Origin: Marsupella aquatica
Lineage: Eukaryota; Plantae; Marchantiophyta
Direction of reading: 5' to 3'
NCBI GenBank assembly: GCA_973895155.1
Contig: OZ316899.1
Span: 7,443,241 to 7,507,240, forward strand
DNA length: 64,000 bases
Of the stretch, positions 35,701 through 45,968 are shown one piece after another. The position numbers and the translations under genes were made by a program. Position 1 is the stretch's first letter; each line of letters starts with the position of its first letter. The notes beneath the pieces are model-generated. The model was given only the letters and a program-made list of their open reading frames with translations, ran no database searches and was not told the DNA's origin.

Positions 35701-36071
35701 AGGCCACTCCAAAAGAGGTCAAAAGTATGACCGCTCACATTTGTGGGACTATTGCTACAAAGGCAGCCGTAGTCGAGATAAGTAATGCCAATGAACTTGG
35801 AGCTGCGGTAACAGGTTCAGACACAGGTACCGCCACCATGGACTACCGGAATGTGAAGTCATGGAAGATCGAGACAGAACGTATTGGAGAGCAGGCTTGG
35901 ATGGAGGAAGTGAAGGCCAACGCTATCCAAGCCGTTTCCTAGGAGGATGCTACCAATGCCGAGGCCGTTAAACCAGGACCCAAAGTCGAGGAAGCCGAAG
36001 GGATCAAGCCGAAGCCGATTGCAGGAGGAGGTGCAGAGTCGGAAGATTCGGGCTTACCCCCGGTCATCTGA
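32757..36071 (+). pseudogene. LTR-embedded PMD-like/coiled-coil ORF, family B (~1100 aa, stops and frameshifts)
   Basis: MTTVNQ..FWGCLL..., LMYGKVVELTPALIEAVFALP, SFPGPSTENGFFRNQCTNP; homologous to 7850-11257. Confidence 0.75.
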
Positions 36072-36482
36072 CAATTAAGAAGGGCCAGTCGTCGGTTGGA
36101 AGGAGGATGTGGCGGAAGGAGAAGGGCTTGGGCCAGAAGGGCGCGGCCATTGTAGGTTGGGACAGGGCAAGTAGCGCCCTGTTGGCTTAGGTAGTATTAG
36201 GTGTTCGGTTCCCGCAGGGTTTTGGGTTAGTCAAGTTGTGTTTGGTGATAGTTAATTAGCAGGATTATCACGGTGGAAGGCCGTGATTTGTGGTTTGGAT
36301 TTCCGCCAATTCCCCTAGATGCGCTGCAAGGATAAACACTAGTACATTTTACCTCCTTTTTCCGATTCTCTCCACATTGGACGTCTTTGTAAAATAAAAT
36401 TTGAAAAACCATATATCCGATACTACTAGCATCGCAACATGCCATTTTAATAGTATCGGATATCGACAATCGGACTTATATC

Positions 36483-36613
36483 GGAAAGTCCGATGGTGGG
36501 AGAATGGGAAAGTCCGATGCTAGGAGAATGAGAAAGTCCAATGCTAGGAGAATGGGAAAGTCCGATGGTGAGAGAATGGGAAAGTCCGATGCTAGGAGAA
36601 TGGGAAAGTCCGA
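36483..36613 (+). repeat. 21-bp tandem repeat GAAAGTCCGATGCTAGGAGAATGG-like (~6 copies)
   Basis: Read directly. Confidence 0.92.
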
Positions 36614-37334
36614 AGCAATCAAAATGGGATATGCATTTCAGCGGACGCGACATGCTCAGGTCACCCATCTCTTCCTTTAATTGGGTTTCTACTTTCATTT
36701 GGAACTATATGCTAGGTGCCCATCTCCCTTGACTTGTCAACTCTTCAAATTTTCTCAACTAATCGGTCACCCATCCCAATTGCTATTCCTCCAACATGAG
36801 CTTTAACTTTGTGGTTCTTATTCCTTACATTGTACATGCAAGCTTAGCACTTTTGTTGTTTGACTTAGAGTGTTTGGGGATTTTATACACTTGTGAATTT
36901 ACTAAGACCCATAATTTGGACCCATTCTTGATCCATTTTTCTCTATCATGAGATTAGATCTTTGCATCAAGTGACCTATTCTAGTTACCCTATTACATTC
37001 CCCTAGGAGAAACCAATAGAAATTTGGCAGGGGTCATTCGTCAATAGTAAAGCCCTCCTTCATTAGATTTGATATGGGATAATTATGGCTTATTAGTTAT
37101 GGATGATATTTTGGTCCTTCCAAAGCCTCAGCGTCAATGGCTCTTGATTGTCTCATCTTTTATCAACTATGGTGTTGTTGGACTTGCAACAAACACTACA
37201 TGGGACAAGCAATCTCCTTCTAGATGATGTATTTTGGACTTGGCATGTTGAGCAAGTCAATGCAACCACATACCCCATCTAACACATCAAAACTTTTCAT
37301 TCTAAAACAATCAAAATTTGTCTTTTTGCCACAA

Positions 37335-37535
37335 CCAGACTTTCCCATACTCCCAGCATCGGACTTTTCCATTCTCCCAGCATCGGACTTTCCCATTCTT
37401 CTAGCATCGGACTTTCCCATTCTTCTAGCATCGGACTTTCCCATACTCCCAGCATCAGACTTTCCCATTCTCCCAGCATCGGACTTTCTCGTACTCCCAA
37501 CATCGGACTTTCCCATTCTCCCAACATCGGACTTT
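37335..37535 (-). repeat. Same 21-bp tandem repeat in inverted orientation (~10 copies)
   Basis: CATCGGACTTTCCCATTCTCCCAG units are the reverse complement of the 36483 array. Confidence 0.92.
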
Positions 37536-37644
37536 GCCATGTTAGCACAATCGGATATAATATCCGTTCTTATTAACTACGGAACTTTTCCGATCAATAT
37601 TGTAACGCACATCATTTTCGTTACCAAAAACATCGGACATATCA

Positions 37645-39810
37645 TGTAATAGAGGGGTTAAGCCCTTAAGGATAGAAACGTTATCTTATGTGAAAAAAAT
37701 ATTTTCAATGACCATGTTGAGGACCTTGAATGACTATTTAAGCATCTATGAGTATATTAAGCTTGAATCATGCCAAGGTGCATATAAAGATAAATGGATT
37801 GGTATTGGGAAAATCTGAAGCGATGAGAGACCTACTTCAACCCCTCAAGCAAAGGTTTAACTTTGGAATTGAGGTCCAACTTTTCACAAATTTGAGTTAG
37901 ATGGCTAATTCTAAGGTGAATTAATCAGTGCATTTCAGCAACAAGTAGCTCAATCTTTTATCAAGGTTGTGTTACCCCACCTTCCAGTAGTTCATGGAAA
38001 AAATTACACCAACTAAGTGATGGAAATTGAGGAGTTATTCCATCCGGAATTTGAACCGGTTTCCATCCGATTTTTGAGCCGGTTTTTGATCCGGTTTGGA
38101 CATACCATCCGGTAGAAAAATTACCATAACTCTCAAACCATTTATCCAAATCAAGATCTGTAAAGTGTGTTGGAAAGCTCTTTCCGATGCGGTTAAGATA
38201 TATATAAAGAAGTCTGAAAATGGACTCAAAATGACCCACTTAATATTATGAGACTCCAACCGGTGCAACCAAGAGATATCTGAGATTTCCGGACAAATAA
38301 TGGAATGAAGATTTTGAAGCGTTGTTTCCACACCATTTGACCTTCAAGATGTCTGACTTTGGATCAATAGGAAGCATGATCCATGGCTAAAGACCTTAAC
38401 CAATCAAAATGGTTGGATAAGTATGAAAAGATACTATGAAAAGATATACCCATTCATTGGAAGATGGAGAGACTCGATAGTCAAATTCTTATTACTCTAG
38501 CACTCCTACATTTTACTTACACCAATGGACATTATCTCAAGACCTCATTTTTGGAAACCTTTCACTTTGAAACCAAGAAATGTACTACTTGCTTCCTATT
38601 TTACTACTACCTTTGGAGGTATCACTTTCATGCCAAACCCTCTCAACTCCATTGATTCAGCAGTAGACTCCACATCGGTGAAGCCTGACACTTCAACTCC
38701 TGAAGAGTAAAAATTTATTCCATCCGGAAGTTGAACCGGCTTCCCATCCGGTTTCCCACCCGATTTTTGATCCGGTTTCGTGTTTGAAGCCCTATAAAAC
38801 TTAGTATAGGAAGAATTAGAATTAGAATTTTTGCTGAGCACTTTATCTCATAGTCTAGTTTCAGAATTTAGCATTACTTCTTACTTTTACACTTAGGTTA
38901 GGAATTGAAGAGGCATACCTCTTCAACTTTTGTTTAGAGGAGACTTGTCCCTAAGTATAAGAGGGAAAGTTTCCACCATTTTACTCAGACTTGCATTTCA
39001 CTTTTGAAAGTCTCCTTCTTTGAAGAGAAGTAATAGATTCATAATTTTGGTGATCTATGCTTTGTGTTTGGACATTAGTGTGTGACCATTCTTGCTAGAA
39101 AATCTATGGAAAGTGACTAGCAATGTCATAGTTAACCTTTAGGCTGACTGGAAATGCATGCCTGAGACCATGCAAAGGTCTAAAGATTCATGTTGACTAT
39201 GGAATACTTATGGCTTATTAAGTATTAGTGGAAGAAGCACCATACGAGAACTCACAAATTGCATAGTCCTAAAAGAGCAATCTGAAGGATTGAATAGAAG
39301 AATAAGTTAGTTTGGAGTAACCAGTACCACCTTTGCCTTGACATAGGTCAGAAAGTTAATACGGGCTATCTTATATGCATCTTTTACAAATTCTTAGATG
39401 GTTGGCTTTAAGGATTAGCTTTAGGGAACAACCTAATTTAGTCAGACTCTCTGTTGACTCTTAATCGTGCCTAACTTAGTCACAGATTGCTAAGTGGCGA
39501 GAGGAGATGAGACATTTAAGACTTGCCTAATTCTATCTTTACGCCTCTGGCTTTTGGTTGTTTTCTTATATTTTTTAGAATTGATTATTGCATTGTTGAT
39601 GATATAAACATCGCAATACCTAAGGATGTATTAAAAACTCCTTCCACCTAACCTAAGCATGTCGGTAAAGGCTTAAAATCTGAGATAGGTTAGCTTAACT
39701 ATCTCAAAGTATATTAATACAATCTTTTAGGTCTCACAAGCTCTTAACGGGAACGAATTCTGGTTGTTTAAGAGGAAAGTAGTTCATATTTCCTTAAACC
39801 CTACTCTACA
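37645..39810 (+). mobile_element. Solo LTR (2166 bp) nested in the CACTA element
   Basis: TGTA...TACA termini; 5-bp TSD TATCA at 37640-37644 and 39811-39815; TATA-like CTATAAAA at ~38792; non-coding. Confidence 0.8.
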
Positions 39811-40687
39811 TATCAATCAAAGTTTTTTTTAGGGATCCGATGTGTCTTCTAACGGATATGATCCGTTTTTTAACGCATCGGAAAGGTTCCATTGTCAATT
39901 ATATCGGAAATGAAGATATCCGAAGCCGAGAGTATGGCATATTGCCATTTTGTGATAATCAAAATTTCCGATGCTAAAAGAATTGGACGCCGATTGTTTG
40001 CAAAAATTGAGCATCGGAAATCAGCTTAATATGTACTAGTGAAAAACCTGGACAGTGTGGCTTGGGGGCTTTTTTCTAGTCAAGACTCTAGTGTAAATCA
40101 GTATTACTAGCATAGGAAGCTCTCGGCTAAATCTAGACCGCGGATTATCAATAAACTACAAGTTCCCATGGATTTCTGTGCAATTGTTTGAATTGAGTTG
40201 GCCTTGTTGCCTAGTTTGCAAATTCTTGCCAATCATGGTGTTGTGTGTTATGATATTTGTTGCTTGATTGATTTGAGTCAGTTAGAATGATACTGTGAGC
40301 TAATACAATCGCATTGTCTTGATTGAAGACTGCCAAACCAAACTCTGAGAGAAAAGTGAGGATTGAGAGTATTTTGTTGGTTAAAGTGTGGATTGAGTCG
40401 GTTTGAGAAAAACCTTCAGCCGGCTTAAGAGATTAAGCCCTAGGGGTACATTCTAGGGCGGAATACAAACATACCCGACAAAGTCAATTGAGGAATTAGG
40501 CGTCTCAGCAATACACAATTCACAAGCTTAGTGAAAGAATCGGTCCAGCATAGTGTGGATCAAAGAGTAGACCGCGTTTCCAAGCCGAATAGTAGCCAAA
40601 CTACCATAAGTCGACCATAAGTAGTGGTTCATAGCCGGTTGCGGATGGTTCTTGGGGTTAGAGGTGTTGGGAAATGCGCCACATTTT

Positions 40688-40706
40688 TGGCGCTAGATGG
40701 AGGGGG
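40688..40706 (+). promoter_or_regulatory. Primer-binding site TGGCGCTAGATGGAGGGG (probably tRNA-Arg type)
   Basis: Follows the LTR-terminal CA; identical motif at 62115 (+) and ~52035-52053 (-). Confidence 0.85.
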
Positions 40707-40741
40707 CATTCTTACTTGTGAATTGTGGGATGCGCAGAGAT

Positions 40742-40762
40742 TTTAGGGTTTAGGGTTTAGGG
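40742..40762 (+). repeat. (TTTAGGG)3 plant telomere-type repeat at a Gypsy/Copia junction
   Basis: Read directly. Confidence 0.85.
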
Positions 40763-41279
40763 CTCAAAGAAGCCATACTTGTTGGCAATAGGCGCACTCC
40801 TATTCTTATCTTCATAGACTCGACCTGACGTTGCATTTGCAGTAAATTTGCTCGCCAGGTATAGTGCACAACCCATGATCCGACAGTGGAACGGGGTCAA
40901 ACGCATATTTCGCTACCTCAATGGCACCATTGATCTTGAACTATTCTACCACAATCAAATGGATACCACACTAGCTGGCTATGCTGATGCTGGATACTTG
41001 TCTGACCCTGTGGATGCCAAATCTCAGACAAGATACGTTTTTCTGATTGGACTCACAGCTATTTCATGGTGCAGCACAAAACAAACACTCACAACTACTT
41101 CTTCTAATCACTCAGAAATAATTGCACTCTACAAGGCCAGTCACCAGTGCATCTGGTTACAAAACATAATCAGTTGTCTTCAAGAAACCACAGGTAAACC
41201 TAAACTTAACTCCCCTACTGTCATCTACAAAGATAACAGGCCATGCATAGAACAAATTTCAGCAGGATTCATCAAAGGT
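40763..41279 (+). pseudogene. Ty1/Copia RT-RNase H fragment
   Basis: AIGALLFL, RPDVAFAVNLLARYS, GYADAGYLSD, SNHSEIIAL; near copy of 55959-56479. Confidence 0.92.
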
Positions 41280-44200
41280 GGATATGTTGAGCTCCTACCC
41301 GCACGACCGGGCTTGTATACTATGGGATACTCAACGAGAGGTGCCATGGAGTGTTGAGGTGCAAATTAAGGTGGGCCTTTCCATTTGGCAGCCTGTGATT
41401 TTTAAGAACATCCCCTTCCACTGCTATCGATGTCAAAAGAAGGGACATCTTGCACGGGACTGCCAACTTCACGAGGCACCTGCGGCCTCTGTTGAGGAGG
41501 ATGTGCTGATCCCACCCCCTCCTCCTGCGTCTGACACTCCTAACCTGGTCACGAGGGTACCCCCGCCGACCTCTAGTGACTGTCGACGCTCTGAAGTTGC
41601 ACACATGGAGCTTACACCCATTGGCGAGTTGGCCATACCACTTCTCGATCCTGGTGAACCGCTTGATAACAAAATTGTGTTGTTTGGGACTAGTCCTTCA
41701 CATGATAACCCCGGCCCCCCTATGGTGATTGCTTGGGCTATTGACGAGCCTGCTGTAACTCTCAATTTAGAAGTCACAGCTACCCAGTTGCTATCAGATC
41801 AAGAAGAAATGCCTAGAGTCCTCCATGAATTACAACAGCTGAACACCGTTGCTCCCCTTGCACGTTTGGAGGCTCCTGAGGAGTCTGAAGCGGACTCCTT
41901 GGCTCTGGCCCTTGTGTTACCAACTAAGACGCGTCTTGAGCATATCCAGGGGGCTTCTGAAGAAATGGATGAAGGCGATGAGGAGCTCTCTGCATCAGAT
42001 ATCCTTTCTGACATGGAGTTTTCCGAATATGAAGGTTTCATATCTCGCACCGCTATTAAGAAGGAGTGGGCTAGGAAGCTGGCTAGGCGCTCACCACCTG
42101 ACGAAAAGAAGAAGGAGAGTGGCAAGAAGAAAGCCAAAAATCAACGATCCTTATAGTTCTCCTCTGATTCTCATGTGCAAGATGCTGAGGGTTGGGTGAC
42201 GCCAGGACGCCGGCTCTCTCGGGAGATGAAACAGAAATCTGTTGTTTCTCCTCATGGAGCTGTGGCTCCTGTGCAGTCTACTGCTTTCTCTTCTTCACCC
42301 CCTGGTGGGATTTTACCTTCAGGAAGCATGGCTCCCCGGGGAGCTGGGTCTGGAGGTCTCTAACAACACTGGTGACCTCTCCCCCTTGAATGTCATCCCT
42401 GGTGGAGAGGGAGGCTGATGAAGATTTTTTGTTTTGCCTCATGGAATGTGTGTGGCCTATGTGATCCTGACCGGAAATTGGTGGTGGCCAAATGGATTTC
42501 TTTCCTACGTACTCCTCTGGATGCCCTAGCCCTGCAAGAGGTTAAAGCTGACAGCTTTCGTCTGGACATTGCACTCAGAACTATTTTACCTACTTACCAC
42601 CACCTCTATTCTGCCCCAGACGAGGGTAGGGGAGGATTGGCTATTCTCCTCCACCCCTCCTTTACTATTCTTTCTAACCGGTTTGTTAGATAAGGGACGT
42701 GCTGTATGGGCCCGGTTGGCGCATGCAGAGGGAAATTTTGGCCTGATATCAATATATGCACCGAATACTACGGGTGAGCGGATCTTGCTATGGAACAACC
42801 TTCGAAATGAACTCCCTAGTGACCGCTGGATCCTCTGTGGGGATTTTAATATGACTGAACTTTGCTGCGATTCTACCGGCCTGTCCCCTCTGATTTCTGG
42901 TCGAGAGTTGGAGTTTTGGAGGTTTCTAAAAACTTGCCTCAATTTGCAAGACGCATTTACCATTCTGGACGAGGTGGCAGGTTCCAGGTTTACTTGGCGC
43001 AGGGTGCGCAATGGTGTACTTATTCAATCCCGCCTTGATAGGTTCTACTTCAGCGAGAAAGGAAGATGGACTGACGAGCTTGTTGATCTCACTCATGACG
43101 GGACTTCTGCCTTGTCCGATCATGATCCTGTGATTATTTCTTTCCGTCTGGGACCAATTACCCTGGTGGACTCACTGATGCGCAAAGGCACTTACTTTAA
43201 GGCCAATCCGGCCGTGCTCCGAGACATCAGGAATCTAGAACGACTTAAATTGGCTTGGGATGTTGGTGCTGAAGATCCGGGTCCCCCCCACTTGAAATTT
43301 GACCGGGCATTTCAAAGGCTTTGTAGTTGCTACATGGAGCTCCAGTCCCTGAAGTTACCCAGGGACGCTGAACTGTCTCGACTTAAAGAGAAGCTACGTC
43401 TTTTAAAAATCACTATCATGGATGACTACTCACTGGATAGCATCAGAGACTTCTCCTCCACGGCGGACTGTGTTTGCGCGATGGATCTTGAAGAAGCACA
43501 TCACAATCCCAGGCTCTCCCGGATCAAATGGCTTGGCCAGGGCGACGAACCATCTAAATTCTATTTCTCCTTAGTAAAGACTAAACGTCTGAGGGAAAAA
43601 ATGGAAATTTTATTAGTTGAAGGAGGCAGGGTGATCCAGGATGAGACACTTATTGTGGAGGAAGTGCATTGATACTATGAGGAACTATATTCGCCACCCG
43701 AGATGAGCCCGGTCCTCCTGAGAGAGAGATCAGTTGCCCGTAGGATGTTGAGCAGTCATACGCGCTTTGCCCCTTCTGCTGGTGAGATCCAGAGACTTGC
43801 AGAGCTTCCATCCTTACACAAATTACACAATTCATTGTTGTTGCTGCCTGCTGACAAAGCTCCAGGGGTGGACGGAATGACTACAGAGATGTTCAAGGCC
43901 TGCTGGGAGTTTATGAAAGTAGATGTCACGCGATTAACATGGGTCTTAACACCAAAAACGTCACTATGGGTGCCAAAACCATCTCCTTGTACCTGAGGAT
44001 CACGAAAGGATGTTGTGAAGGCCGGTAAACACCAATTTATGCCCTTAACACCAGACTATCATAACAAGACTCCGTCACACATCACCCAAGCTCAATCCCA
44101 AGGAACCAAGGTTGGGGATCAGATCTGCGCTCCTGATAGTTCTGGTGAGAAGGGGTCTTTATATCGGGCCCGTACACACAGGGCCTAGCGCTACGGTGCG

Positions 44201-45968
44201 CATAGGTCTATACATATGCTTACTGTCATAGGTATGTTTCTATTCCGCTGCCGGAATGTACCCATAAACCAGTGACTCCTGACTGATTCCCGGCTTAGGG
44301 ACTTCTAAGCCATTGCCCCACCACTCTGCCATTCCACTCTCAGCAATCAAAGCTATGACAGTCCTCACCCAGCCCGCTTCAATGCACCCTGTACACCTCT
44401 CAGTGGCGCTGCTAGTCCCATCATACACTCAGATTGCCTCACACACACACATCCATGAGAGAAATGAGGCCTGAGAGGAAAACTCAATTAGATTCAAAGA
44501 TGTGCACAATAGTTCAGTGAGAACACTTGATCCGAACACTAGGGCCGAAGGCTGTCTCCTCCAGCTTGTGATGTGCTTGCCCCGCAAGCCCCATGCTTGC
44601 CATGCAAGCTCAATCCTGAACCTGAGCCCGACTCACTCCAGATTGCAATGGCAGATTGGACTCAAACCAATCCCGTATTTGCCTTGCAAACTCAATCCTG
44701 AACTCAACCTCCTTCACTGCACTTCATTCTTGGGGGCACATACATATCTCACACCTCCAATTCATAACGTCAAGTTATGCATGCATAGTTGACTCGACTT
44801 CAAAGCTGGTACCAGGCCTAACGGCGATCTACCCCAGACTGCAATGAGGCCCGGCCTCATGCTTGCCTTGCAAGCTCAGCTCTAGCCATAAATCCCTTAG
44901 TGCTCTCTACCAGACAAAGGCCGGGACTCCCCATGGATCACGTAGCCTTGCCAGACCGAACTGTAAATGCTCCTTCTGCTGCCCCTCAATCATTATCTCA
45001 GCCTCCCTAATGTGCTCACCACAAATCAAATTGACATCCTCCCCATAGTTTACAATCACCAATACATCACCTATCACCAAGGCTCTGTATCGGGGGAAAA
45101 GAACCCAGTTGTGCTGCCCACTAGAAAGAGCCACAATCCAACTCGCAAACCTAGCAACCCGTTGCAGTTGTGAAGCTTGGCTGATTACTCCCTGAGTAAT
45201 AGCACAAGCAAGCTCTCCCCAACACGCAGCGTCCAAGTCCAGCCTTGCTTGCACAGAGCTCCTCCCTGCTGCTCAGTCTAAGTGAGATCACACAACTGAA
45301 GTCCCCCCCCCTTGCCTCTACCGGGGGGCTACTCTATATACTCTCATACTGAGCCCAAATGGGTGGATACTACGCTGCTGGAGCCCCATCCCAGCCCTAA
45401 CAGAGCCGCCACAATCTCTAACTACTGAACCCTAACTCGTAACTTTATTTCTATCTCGAATTGGCTATGTACTTCGGATTTGGCCCTCCTCCATGGTTTT
45501 TGCGAGCTTGCGCCTCCTCTCCCGATTTCTCTATTCAACCATTTGCTGCGTGGATAGCAGCGTTGGAAGCGGCTTGAGCTCCTCTTTCCAACGAGGTCAA
45601 TTATAGCTGATTTGGCCAAATACACAGAATGATGGGAAAGGATTTTACTACAAAGGGAACATATGCGTACACTTAGTTGACACGACAACCCTGGAATGCA
45701 CAGGTTCAAGGCCAAGGGTGCACACTACAACGGAGCCCGGCTCCGCACTCGCCCGGCGAGCTTAGTCCTATCCCCTCCCCTTGGTACTCTGTCATTCCCA
45801 GAGGTCGGGACTCCCCGCATGTCCCGCGGATGTCCGACTCTGAAACTAAAAACCCCCCTTATTGCCTAATGATGTCCTACCCCTAATGATTACCTAAATA
45901 CTATCGTTATGCTAATAATAGCGGCCTAAGACCCACCTAACGCGCGTGCCGAGCGCAGTTAGACTGAA

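Larger units (their letters stand above)
36337..40041. mobile_element. Non-autonomous CACTA element (~1.5 kb without its nested solo LTR)
   Basis: TIR CACTAGTACAT...ATGTACTAGTG; 3-bp TSD AAA (36334-36336 and 40042-40044); dispersed ATCGGA/TCCGAT motifs at both ends. Confidence 0.9.
32401..40683 (+). mobile_element. Gypsy long 5' LTR, family B (~4.6 kb after removing the nested CACTA)
   Basis: Starts TGTGATGCC, ends GCGCCACA, immediately followed by a PBS; 3' part shares motifs with the family A LTR (gaagctctcgg, gagttggcc, gagtcag, ggcggaat.caaacatac). Confidence 0.85.

Noticed and set aside
37220-37649. ORFs 37220-37540, 37224-37649, 37297-37548 (also 36447-36732)
   Set aside because: Artefacts of a stop-free 21-bp tandem repeat.
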